A stretch of DNA of 64,000 nucleotides from Octopus sinensis. Taxonomy: Eukaryota. The position numbers were made by a program, and so were the translations under genes. Position 1 is the stretch's first letter; every line of letters starts with the position of its first letter. The notes under the pieces were generated by a model. It had not been told where the DNA came from and did not search any database. It worked only from the letters and a program-made list of their open reading frames with translations. Positions 12,265-23,832 of this stretch are shown piece by piece. The stretch spans positions 13,888,001 through 13,952,000 of the forward strand of contig NC_043005.1 of the NCBI RefSeq assembly GCF_006345805.1, read 5' to 3'.

Positions 12265-12440
12265 GTGGTTAGAGCAGTGGACTCGTGGTCGAGGGATCGC
12301 GGGTTCGAATCTCAGACCGGGTGATGTGTGTGTTTATGAGCGAAACACCTAAGCTCCACGCGGCTCCGGCAGAAGGTATTGGCGAACTTCTGCTGACTCT
12401 TTCGCCAACTTTCTCTCACAACTTTCTCTCAATCTTTTGT
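12265..12440 (+). mobile_element. SINE family D, partial
   Basis: GGGTTCGAATCTCAGACCGGG...GAGCGAAACACCTAAGCTCCACG matches family D. Confidence 0.75.
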
Positions 12441-12504
12441 CCTGCATCTTGCAGCTCACCTGCCACGGACCGGCTGGAACATTACAACAGTCTTGTAATG
12501 TCGA

Positions 12505-15045
12505 GTCCAGGCTAATGTTGAGTCCAAATGCCTTGCAAGAAGTAGAAATACGATTCATAAGTATTTTCATGCCATCCACTGTATGAGTGACTAAGTCACA
12601 GTCATCTGCATAAAGAAGGTCATGAATAACAGACTGGAAAACTTAAATTGGCAGCAAATCGGCGCAGATTAAAGAAGCAGCTAGAAGATCGATACTTGAC
12701 ATATATTCCCAGAGACCTAAGCTTAGCAAAATCATCAGTAAAAGCAGCAGCAAAGTACAAGGAAAAGGGAGTTGGTGCAAGGATGTCACACTGCTTGACA
12801 CCATTCTGTACAAGAATGGGTCCCGCTATGCCACCACCAACATTGACCCAAGCCTCCATGCCATCATGAAAGGATTTAATTATAGATACAAAATTATCCG
12901 GACATCTACGTTTGCCAAGTATTTTCCATTGCAAGGCCCTATTCACGGCATCAAATACCTTCGTTAAATCAATGAATACCTGGACAAGATCCATATTCTG
13001 CTCATAGCACTTCTCCTCCATCTGTCTTGCCGTGAAAATTATATCCATTGTTCTTCTACCGGATCGGAAAGCGCATTGAGATTCAGATAGGACATCATTT
13101 ACGAGACACCCATTCAAGCGAGTAAGAAGAATATTTGCCAGAACCTTGCCAGCAGCTGATAGTAGAGCAACACCTCTGTAGTTACCATATGTTGTTCTAG
13201 CTCCTTTTTCCTTTATATAGAGGAAGAATAATTGCATCTTTCCAGTCCTTAGGCATTGCACCATCCCTCCAGACTGCACTAATAAGTTCATGAAGAGACT
13301 GTATGATGTAATCACCACCAAATCACAAGACTTCAGCACAAATTCCACCCTTTTCAGGTGCCCTACCAAGATTCAATTCACTTAATGATGTTATTACCTC
13401 ATCTGTTGGGTCATCCACAATTGACTCATGGTTTAGGAGTTCAGAGAAGTGTTCAATCCCGCGTCCTGTGATTTCTGTTGATTTAGTAAACAGAGTAGAA
13501 GACTCCTTAGAAAGCAAAAGGTCTGATGCGGAGCTCTTAGGTCCATAAATTTGCTTCATAAGATGGTAAAGTCTCTTGCTGTCATTTGCATCAGCAGCAG
13601 CCTGAACATCGCGAGCAGGATCCTCCCGCCAAATGTTCTGCGCCTTCCTCAGAGATCGCTATAGTAGTGATTTTACACTGCTATAGTGGGCAAGTGCTAG
13701 ATTTCGCTGCACAGCTGAAAGTCTTCTGTGCAGCAATATATTGTAGGCATGGCGCTTTACAACCAGTAGTCGTTGAACTTCAGCATCATTTTCATCAAAC
13801 CAGTCTCTATGTCTGGCAGTAGCATATCCTAGTGTTTCAGCAGCACATTGAAGAACCTGGACTCGAAAATCTTTCCATGCTGCAGTATTTTCAATGCTGG
13901 ACAAGTGAGTCTAAAGCTGTTTCCTCAACACAGCATCATATATCTTGTGGACATTCAGATGCCGAGGAACGCCGACTGGCCCTCTTCTCTCTTTCACTTT
14001 AATCATCATCCGGTACTTTGCTCGCTCGCACCAGACTGTGGTCTGTCCAGCATTCCGATCCATGAAAGGGCTTGATATTACAAATGTCATAGATGACACG
14101 CTTGCGGATGATGACATAATCCATGCCAAATTTTAGAGCTTGGATGCATCCACGTTGTCGTGTAATCACCTTTGTGCATAAAATGAGCGCTTGCGATGTA
14201 AAGTCCGTGATCATCGCAAAGCACAAGCAGCATCAGACCATTGCTGTTCATTTTCCCTACACCAAAACGTCTTAGAGAGTCCCATGTCAGAATTGGAGAT
14301 TTTCATAAGTATGACTCAGCTGGGTATAAAAAATAGTTTTATCTTCATCAAAGCTAGTCAAAGTAGGTGCATCGGCACTTAGAGTAGTAAACCGCCCACC
14401 GTTCAAGTGCAATCGTGGGGTCATTAGACGTTCATTTAAAGGAAGGGGAAGCTCTTCCAACTTCTTAAGGATATTTGATCGAACTGCAAAGCCAATACCA
14501 GCCTCTCTGTGCTCCTCCTTCTGCCTCCCCTTCCCAAAAAGATGCATTCACCTCCTACTTCCTCAAGCTGACTATCACCTTCTATACGAGTCTCTGAAAG
14601 TGCAGTTATATCAATGTTATAGCGGTTCATCTCGCGAGCAACAAGTGCAGTGCGTCTTTCAGGCCTACAATCACTCTTGTTATCTAACAGACTGTGCACA
14701 TTCCAACATGAAATGTTCAAGTTCCATTGAGGATTTTGTAAATAAATGTCTTTCTGATTTAGAGCGCAGGCTGGACATCCGTCTGTCGCGCTAAACTGAC
14801 CAGATATAGATAACAGGCAATTTTTGGTTCACCTTTTCTAGAACTTCCTCGGCCTTCGGTGAGCAGTGCCCTCTCCAAATGGAGCTGCTCAGACACCCAT
14901 GCAACAACCGAATCCTACCGCTGTCTTGGGTGACAAGGAGAGGATTTCATATCTAGCATGGGCCGCCTACTTGCAGGTCACTGACTACATGCTTCCAACC
15001 CGTTAGGTCTGCATGCTTCACCACCTTTCCATCGCCGCAGGACTT
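12505..15045 (-). mobile_element. RTE-clade (BovB-like) LINE, degenerate, 5' end present and 3' end missing
   Basis: APE endonuclease motifs WNVHSL, ALSETR, GIGFAV, SECWTDH. Linker HRDWFDEND. RT motifs NYRGVALLS, ESQCAFRSGR, FIDLTKVFD, GVKQ, FADD, AFGLNIS. Many stops and frameshifts. Confidence 0.9.
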
Positions 15046-15694
15046 CTGAATAAAATAAAAAAATATATATACTAAAAGTAAATAAACATATAAATATATA
15101 CTAAAAATAAAGATACATCTATACTGAAAATAAAATAAATATATATAGGGGAAAAAAAGCAGCACATACCGAGCAGAGATCAACAATGCCTTTGCAGAGT
15201 TTTGGGTTCAATAAGGTTTGCACAACACGTCATAGACCCTCTCCATTTTATTGGCATTATCCAGGGGCAAGCCAGAGCAAGATGCCTGGTGTCAATATGA
15301 GTCGCAGGCTCAGGGATGTGGGAGCCCCATGATCTCTAGCACAAACCAAAGATCACCAAAAATATCCAATGCCATTCCCAGCATATCTGGTTTTATATCA
15401 GAGGGACCTTCTCCTAGAGATATGCTTCAAAAGACGTTGAGGGGTGCCTCACTCCCAGTGGTCCTTCAGCACGCCGGACACCATCCCGGAATTTCTTCGT
15501 ACCCGTACTATTGCTAGATAGCCGTTGAGCCTGCACTAGGTTCATCTAACCTGTATATATGTATATATATATATATATATACACTGTGTGGTGACCATAG
15601 TTGGGAGCAATTGTCTAAGCGGCTGAGAAAGTATATTTATACATACATACATACATACATACATACATACATACATACATACATACATACATAG

Positions 15695-15900
15695 TCAATT
15701 CAAACAAGAACAAGCAAGAAAAATCAACATCGCGAGAACGAATGAATACTGTGTTATTGGACGCTCAGGAAAGGAAAGAAAAGACAGAGGATCTCACGTT
15801 TCGAGCGGCGCTCTTCATCAGAAATATAGAAAACGCCCAAAGAAGGGAAGATGGAGAAATAAAATCGCCAACAATACACACGCGGTTACATAAAATTATA
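15695..15900 (-). mobile_element. Penelope-type terminal-repeat fragment (HH-D family)
   Basis: Non-coding insert between (TACA)n and (TA)n containing a minimal HHR-like motif at 15791-15825. Confidence 0.5.
15791..15825 (-). ncRNA. Minimal hammerhead-like motif HH-D, probably inactive (GUG triplet)
   Basis: ATTT-CTGATGA-A-GAGC-GCC-GCTC-GAAA-CG-TG-AGAT. Confidence 0.6.
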
Positions 15901-15931
15901 TATATATATAAATATACATTATATAACATAC

Positions 15932-15971
<40 letters not shown>

Positions 15972-16235
15972 ATATAATATATATTTATATGTATGTATGT
16001 ATTATATATTATATATATAAGATATATTATATATATAATATATATATATATATATAATAAATAATAAATATTAGGGAATACTCCAATTTACAGGCAAAAA
16101 TCAGATTTAGGATTAAATCCAATTTTATAGTAAAATATTATAAAATATTATTAGAGACAAAACCACTATTTTGCAAAACAAAACAAGAAAGACTTAATCA
16201 ATACATAAAATTTTAATAAATAGTCAAAAAAACCG

Positions 16236-16277
16236 CCACTACAATTGTTTCTTGTCTTGATCGACATCTTCAGGTGG
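16236..16277 (-). ncRNA. Minimal type I hammerhead HH-A, inverted copy
   Basis: CCAC-CTGAAGA-TGTC-GATCAA-GACA-A-GAAA-CAATTG-TA-GTGG. Confidence 0.7.
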
Positions 16278-16310
16278 ACTCCAATAAGTCAGTTTCGACT
16301 TATTGGAAGT

Positions 16311-16353
16311 CCACCTGAAGATTGTCGATCAAGACAAGAAACAATTGTAGTGG
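16311..16353 (+). ncRNA. Minimal type I hammerhead ribozyme HH-A
   Basis: Stem I CCAC/GTGG, core CTGAAGA, stem II TTGTC/GACAA, GAAA, palindromic stem III ACAATTGT, GUA cleavage triplet. Confidence 0.82.
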
Positions 16354-16464
16354 CGGTTTTTTTGACTATTTATTAAAATTTTATGTATTGATTAAGTCTT
16401 TCCTTGTTTGTTTTGCAAAATAGTGGTTTTGTCTCTAATAATATTTTATATATCTATATAATAT

Positions 16465-16494
<30 letters not shown>

Positions 16495-16497
<3 letters not shown>

Positions 16498-17620
16498 TGT
16501 TATATTTCGGAATGGTCATATTGCCAGTTTAGCCAATAAAAACCACGCACTATATATTTGGTGTTATTTTGCTTCTTCAGTGATGCAGTAACAAGACAGT
16601 AACATACGTAGGGGAAACAGCAAGAAGCATTGGAGAGCGGGTGAATGAACATTGGAGACAACTCAAGGAAGGTAAAAGCTCATCGATTCTGTACCAACAC
16701 GCCGAACAAGAACACGGGGGATCAATCAATAACATAAGATTAAGATATTGTCCACACATAGAATAGATGCAACAATTAGACAATTACAGAAGCTACACAT
16801 ATAATAGAAAATAACCTAGCCTGAATAGAAAACTAGAATGGAGCAATAGCACACACCACAACATATGACGATAGTGGATCCTGCAAACATAATAAATACA
16901 CAGATAATTAAAGAAATAGAAATGAATAACTATATATATGTTATGTGTATATATATATATATGTATATGTGTATATATGTGTGTATATATGTATGTGTAT
17001 GTATATATATTATATATATATTATATATATATATATATAGGTATGTGTATATATATATATATAGATATATATATTTTTTTTTTTTTTCGATTAGATTTAT
17101 TATTATTATTATTACTAATATTGTTGTTATACATACATACAAGCATATGTAATGATAATAATGGTGGATGTAAACACATGAACAAAATTAGAACAAAAGC
17201 AACAACAACAAAAACAAAATACAAATTACAAGAATATATAACCAGAAGATACAAATATTACAGGCATCCCCCCCACACACACACTAAATAAACATATACG
17301 CACATAGAGATATAAGCATGCGCAAATGAAGACATACAATAGAAATACAAAATGGCTGACGGTTAGTAGGAGAGACACAAGTAAGTGAGAAGAAAACAAA
17401 GGACCACTGATGCGGTCACAGAGTGTGACGAAAGAACTTTGGCCGAAATAAGATTAAGATTAATGTAAAATAAATATCACTGAAGCAAAATAACACCAAT
17501 ATATAGTGCGTGTGTTTTTATTGGCTAAACTGGCAATATGACCATTCCGAAATATAACAATATCTGTTTCAACACACGACTTCACATAAAAAATCTTGCA
17601 CACAAATATTTAAACGTATA
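16495..17620 (+). mobile_element. 5'-truncated Penelope-like element: GIY-YIG C-terminus, 3' pseudo-LTR and inverted partial pseudo-LTR at the 5' end
   Basis: 16584-16850 reads TYVGETARSIGERVNEH..SSILYQHAEQEH..IRFKIL..EATHI..SLNRKLEW with frameshifts. 16495-16584 is the reverse complement of 17476-17562. Confidence 0.85.
17401..17445 (+). ncRNA. Degenerate hammerhead HH-E in the Penelope 3' pseudo-LTR
   Basis: GG(A)CCA-CTGATGC-G-GTCAC-AGAGT-GTGAC-GAAA-GAAC-TT-TGGCC; core A9 is changed to C. Confidence 0.55.
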
Positions 17621-17631
17621 TATATATTATA

Positions 17632-17662
<31 letters not shown>

Positions 17663-17758
17663 GAACGGGAAGCTTTATGAAAATAACAAAAGACGAAGGC
17701 AGGTGGAGTACAAACAAACAATTGTCTTAGTATGGCGCTCAGAATATAAATAAAACAG

Positions 17759-17796
17759 TCTTTTACTTTTCGAGCCTACGCTCTTCAACAGAAAGA
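17759..17796 (-). ncRNA. Degenerate minimal hammerhead, HH-D family
   Basis: TCTTT-CTGTTGA-A-GAGC-GTAG-GCTC-GAAA-AG-TA-AAAGA. Perfect 5-bp stem I, A6 changed to T, same stem II as 15791. Confidence 0.55.
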
Positions 17797-18140
17797 TACA
17801 CAGAAAAGAAACACGGAGAGAAACAAGGAGAGAAAAAAAATGCGTGCAGAAGCTAGCGATTCAACATGGCGAACTGATTCTGGCCAGAAGTCAGAGATCA
17901 AACGTGAGACGCAAGAGCGAAAATAGGGGAGATAACAGGGTCAAATGACTTCGCCCCAACATAAGGGTGCGTGTGTGTATGAGGGAGTATGTGGTGCGTA
18001 TGAAAAGTCTGGACGTGTGTATGTATGATGTGATGTGTAATGTCGTATGGTGTAGTGTAGAGAGGGGAGATGAGGGGGAGAGTGAGAGAGAGAGGGGAGG
18101 GGGAGAGGGGGAGGAGATGTGTGTGTGTATATGTATATAT

Positions 18141-18440
18141 CGAAACCGCGATCTTACGACCGCGAGTCCACTGCCCTAACCACTGGGCCATCGCGCCTCC
18201 ACATTAGGTATATATATGCATATATATATATATTCTTTTTTTCTTAATTCTTTAAAGTGATTCAGCTTTAAAGCTGCTGTCATGCTGGGGCACGATCGTT
18301 GGCTGTGCTACATCATTATTTGAAATCTCCTCTATGTGGCATTTGGTGAACGAGAAAGTTTGATGCTGCTGCCCCCATCTGTGTTTCCTGTCGTGAGGTA
18401 GCCTAATCTGGAACCCTTGACAAGAGAAGACCCAATGGTG
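18141..18440 (-). repeat. Inverted duplicate of 18917-19216 inserted in (TA)n
   Basis: ~300 bp, roughly 95% identical by eye; spans the CR1 3' end, a TA spacer and a SINE D head. Confidence 0.92.
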
Positions 18441-18457
18441 ATATATATATATATATA

Positions 18458-19110
18458 ACTTTGAAAACGGGAGAAAATGATCCTTTGGAGGGGAGGCATA
18501 CTTCCCCAGCTGCTTGGACAACTGCTCCCAACTATGGTCACCACACAGTATAAAATTAACGGTGGAGCTCGAAGCAATTCAACGAAGTTATACAAAGAAA
18601 ATTGTCTCAGTGCAACGTATCAGTTACTGGGAATGACTGAAGGAGTTAAAACTCTTCTCCCTGAAGCGAAAGCAGGAAAGATATGCAGTGATTTACATCT
18701 AGAAAATCCTCGAATGCCTCATACCAAACTTTGCCATTGAAAGTTACACAAACAGCAGAATAGGGCACCACTTCATATTGCCAAAGAACCCAGCTTCACC
18801 ATTAAAATACAGAACCAGATACTGCAACAGCTTAGGTTTCAAAGGCCCACAGTTTTTCAATAATTTTCAAAAATCCCTGAGAGACCTGCATGGTGTGGAG
18901 GTAGGTGTCTTGAAAACACAATTGGATCTTCTCTTGTCAAGGGTTCCAGATTAGGCTACCTCACGACAGGAAACACAGATGGGAGCAGCAGCATCAAACT
19001 CTCTCATTCACCAAATGCCACATAGAGGAGATTTCAAATAATGGTGTAGCACAGCCAACGATCGTGCCCCAGCATGACAGCAGCTTTAAAGCTGAATCAC
19101 TTTAAAGAAT
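18458..19110 (+). mobile_element. CR1-group LINE 3' fragment
   Basis: Reads YWE*LKELKLFSLKRKQERYAVIYI*KILECLIPNF...GFKGPQFFN...LKTQLDLLLSRVPD*...AAASNSLIHQ. Confidence 0.75.
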
Positions 19111-19154
19111 TAAGAAACAAAGAATATATATATATGCACATATATATACCTAAT

Positions 19155-19465
19155 GTGGAGGCGCAATGGCCCAGTGGTTAGGGCAGCGGACTCGCGGTCG
19201 TAGGATCGTGGTTTCGTTTCCCAGACCGGGCGTTGTGAGTGTTTATTGAGCGAAAACACCTAAAGCTCCACGAGACACCGGCAGGGGTTGGTGGCGATCC
19301 CTGCTGTACTCTTTCGCCACAACTTTCTCTTACTCTTTCTTCTGTTGGCCTGCTTGCTTAGCCAGCGGGGTGGCGTCATTTGAAGGCTAAAATAATGCGA
19401 AGCGCATTGTGACCAGTGATGTGTAGCAGCATCTGATAGCCTGGTCGGTCACGTGATCACGTAAT
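19155..19465 (+). mobile_element. SINE family D (tail type 2)
   Basis: Family D head and core; tail ends GGTCGGTCACGTGATCACGT. Confidence 0.85.
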
Positions 19466-19859
19466 ATATACCTAGTAACATAACTTGCGTTTAACTTTAT
19501 AACTGCGTTTCTCATGAACTCATTTCATTTTCTCTACGAAAAAGTATACTTGACCTAATTTGAAAATATCTGTTGTTCAATATTATGTCTTGATTTAATC
19601 TTTATATCAACAGCTGTTTCTTTGAACTATATTATTTTTTTATGTATTTCTACATATTTAATTTTTTTTATTTACTATAGCTGATTTCTCTCCTATCTCT
19701 TCCTGTCTTTTGTTAACATTAACGATCATCAATTCGTTAAAATTAGATCCAGCACCTTAATTGATGTGAAACAGAATATATTCATTTTTGACAACCATAC
19801 TAAGCTAATTTTATCAAGTATTGGTCTTCCACACATTGTATAAATATTAATGTTCCTTC

Positions 19860-20099
19860 TCGAGCCATGCCAGGCTCATAAAGACCAGTTTCCCGGTTTC
19901 AGTGGCGTAGAAGTTCACCACCTGGACAGGACGCCGGCCCGTCGCAGGATTACTCCTTTTTGCCAGCTGAGTGGACTGGAGCAACGTGAAAATGAAATGT
20001 TTTACTCAAGAACACAACGCATCGCCCGGTCCAGGAATCGAAACCACAACCTTATGATCAGGAGTTCAACACCCAAACCACTAAGCCATGCGTCTCCAC
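19860..20099 (-). mobile_element. SINE family A
   Basis: Head and core match 1-147, with a different tail. Confidence 0.8.
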
Positions 20100-20125
20100 T
20101 TGTATGTATGTGTATATATATATAC

Positions 20126-20178
<53 letters not shown>

Positions 20179-20179
20179 T

Positions 20180-20637
<458 letters not shown>

Positions 20638-20685
20638 CATAATTCAATCCCAGAACGAGATTGAAACAGTAATCGCTCGATAATG

Positions 20686-20752
20686 TAAAGTATAGAAGCC
20701 ATCTTATCATGGCTAACCACATTGTGGTTAGCCATGATAAGATGGCTTCTAT

Positions 20753-20758
<6 letters not shown>
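20686..20758. repeat. Perfect 73-bp palindrome in (TA)n
   Basis: TAAAGTATAGAAGCCATCTTATCATGGCTAACCACA, a single T, then the exact reverse complement. Confidence 0.95.
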
Positions 20759-20802
<44 letters not shown>

Positions 20803-21064
20803 GAGAAAGTTTTATATGTATATTTAGAGTTGAAGCATTGGTGTAAACATGATGTTCTGGTGATCTGTTGAACTAGCTTTCATTTTTTGCACTGACTTTT
20901 AAATATAAAATTGCATTTCATAAATCATAGCATGCATAAACATAATTTATTATACACTGAATTATTATTACATGGGGAAGGCTGTGGAACGGCTGTAACC
21001 CTAAGGATGACAAATGGTTAAATATATTCACTTCTCATACCTCATGACTTTTTAGGGTTTATAT

Positions 21065-21105
<41 letters not shown>

Positions 21106-21301
21106 GGATAGATAGATAGACATTCGAGTTGGCCCGTTCTCGATACCGTATTTGGCTTTATTGCTGTTGCTTGTGTATTCTGTTAGTTTAAATACACATT
21201 CATTAATTAATATGATATAATTGTCCCCGAGCTTAACTAGTATACAAATCTACAACGTTAGGTTCCCTCGACTTATGATGTCCACTGTACATTTCCAATT
21301 G

Positions 21302-21335
<34 letters not shown>

Positions 21336-21871
21336 GTCTATCGTACGTAGTGTGTGTGTATGAAACTTGGTTGGCATCCTTTCTGTCTCGGGAGACAATA
21401 GAGTTGCGCGTAAAGTAGTCTAGTCCGGCTTTTATATTTCATGTCCTGATACATTTCCTGCTGTGGCTGTGTATAACGTGTGCGTATATATACTGTATGT
21501 TTGTGCGTGTGTATACTTGTGTAAGGACAATAGTATGTATGTGCGACGCTTTATAGATATATATAGTGAATGCACGTAGCCAGGTATTGCACCCACGATC
21601 GCAACTTCGTGATGTCGATTTCCGGATCGGGCGTCGTGCTCTTGAGCAAAATACTTCATTTCGCGTGGCTCCAGTTCGCTCACCTGTAAATGAGAACTCC
21701 CGTGACAGACTGCTGTCTCGTTCAGAATATCATGTTCTCGGTCGCATACACCATGGAAACCAGGTAACCTAGAACTCCAGATAGTATTTCATTTTACTAT
21801 ATATGTACGTTGATAGATACATGTAGAAGCCACCTTGATCTATCATTCCTCCATTTTGCTTTTATCTCAGA

Positions 21872-22240
21872 CTAGCAGTATCGCCCGGCGTTGCTCGGGT
21901 TTGTAAGGGAAATAACTATAAAGCATTTTTAGAGAGTTATAGCCAAAAAATGGAAAAAAATGATGGTAAATTTTTTTTAGTTAAAAAGGTCGAGTTGCGT
22001 CCCCTAGACAGTCTGTGGTTTGTGTTTCTGATTCTCGACCCCATGTCGAATTTATCGATTTTTTTCAGAACTGGGGGAACTTTTCAAAATTTTCGCTGCG
22101 TTAGTTTTGAATTATGACATTGGGCTATGTGTGTGTCAAGTTTCATCAGAATCGGTTGAAAGCCGTGGTCAGGGTGAGGGTACAACCTAACAGACACACA
22201 GAAACACACACAGACAAACTGCCGTTTATATATAGAGAGA
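21872..22240 (-). mobile_element. Non-autonomous Helitron
   Basis: On the - strand starts TC and ends CTAG, with hairpin CCCGAGCAACGCCGGG just upstream; inserted between A and T. Confidence 0.8.
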
Positions 22241-22800
22241 TTTTTAACCACACTCATAATACTTACCTAGTTTTCTCCAATTAATTTTCTTATAATTTTA
22301 GCAATTTTTACTCACTTTTTCTTTAATTCAATGATTTTTCCACATTTTGTTAGATTGGTACCATTGAAAATTGCGTTTTCTCTCTTATCTTTTTCGGTGG
22401 ACTTGAATGGTTGGTTTAGTATTTTTGTCGAAATTGTCGAACATACCATATATGTATATATGTATGTGGCTGTACGGTAAGTAGCTCGCTTACCAACCAC
22501 ATGGTTCCGGGTTGAATCCCACTGCGTGGTACCTTGGGCGAGTGTTTTCTACTATAGCTTCGGACCGACCAAAGCCTTGTGAGTGGATTTGGTAGACGGA
22601 AACTGAAAAAAGCCCGTCGTACATATATATATATATATATATATATACCAATCAAGGACTGAACACGAAAAGTGGACAGTCAACATGCTAGATATAGACG
22701 TCAAATCGCCATTCTCCACAAAAAGTCTATGTTCTCAGATCAAATTCAACACAAAACCAAAGCAATAAACAAGTGAAAAATATACGAAATAAATATTTAC

Positions 22801-22866
22801 CCATGTACTAAATTTAGTTTCGGTTGTTATTTTCCGCAAGGAAAAGTGCAACCATCATCAGCATGG
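22801..22866 (-). ncRNA. Type I hammerhead HH-B, inverted copy
   Basis: Reverse complement of 23563-23628. Confidence 0.85.
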
Positions 22867-23562
22867 TCCCATATAAAATGCAATTTGCTATACTAAATGC
22901 CAACACGATACCGAAATATGGCGTGCATGGAGTACGGCCTATTACATTTGAAATATACATTTCAAATGTCTCTACTTTTGGCGCGATGAGACCCGAGAAA
23001 ACTAGCCTGCAGCTAATAGTTAGCAGCAGTTAATTTATCGGTTAGAGAACAAATATTTATATAAAATTAAAATTTAAGGTAAAAATTGATATTTATCAAT
23101 TAGAACCAGTCGTCTAGCATATTAAAGAAAGAATCCGAAGATTAAAATATTTATATATACCAATTAAGGACTGAACACGAAAAGTGGACAGTCAACATGC
23201 TAGATATAGACGTCAAATCGCCATTCTCCACAAAAAGTCTATGTTCTCAGATCAAACTCAACACAAAACCAAATATAAATATTTTAATCTTCGGATTCTT
23301 TCTTTAATATGCTAGACCACTGGTTCTAATTGATAAATATCAATTTTTACCCTAAATTTTAATTTTATATAAATATTTGTTCTCTAACCGATAAATTAAC
23401 TGCTGCTAACTATTAGCTGCAGGCTAGTTTTCTCGGGTCTCATCGCGCCAAAAGTAGAGACATTTGAAATATATATTTCAAATGTAATAGGCCGTACTCC
23501 ATGCACGCGATATTTCGGTATCGTGTTGGCATTTAGTATAGCAAATTGCATTTTATATGGGA

Positions 23563-23628
23563 CCATGCTGATGATGGTTGCACTTTTCCTTGCGGAAAAT
23601 AACAACCGAAACTAAATTTAGTACATGG
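23563..23628 (+). ncRNA. Type I hammerhead ribozyme HH-B
   Basis: CCATG-CTGATGA-T-GGTTG-(CAC TTTTCC TTGC GGAAAA TAA)-CAACC-GAAA-CTAAATTTAG-TA-CATGG. Confidence 0.88.
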
Positions 23629-23832
23629 GTAAATATTTATTTCGTATATTTTTCACTTGTTTATTGCTTTGGTTTTGTGTTGAGTTTGATCTGAGAACAT
23701 AGACTTTTTGTGGAGATGGCGATTTGACGTCTATATCTAGCATGTTGACTGTCCACTTTTCGTGTTCAGTCCTTAATTGGTATATATAAATATTTAATCT
23801 TCGGATTCTTTCTTTAATATGCTAGACCACTG

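Larger units (their letters stand above)
16139..16450. repeat. Near-perfect palindrome, ~152-bp arms with 6-nt spacer (HH-A)
   Basis: 16139-16290 is the reverse complement of 16297-16450; loop AGTTTC. Confidence 0.95.

Noticed and set aside
22824-23033. 69-aa ORF repeated on the opposite strand at 23396-23605
   Set aside because: A by-product of the inverted repeat; TTG start and no recognisable domain.
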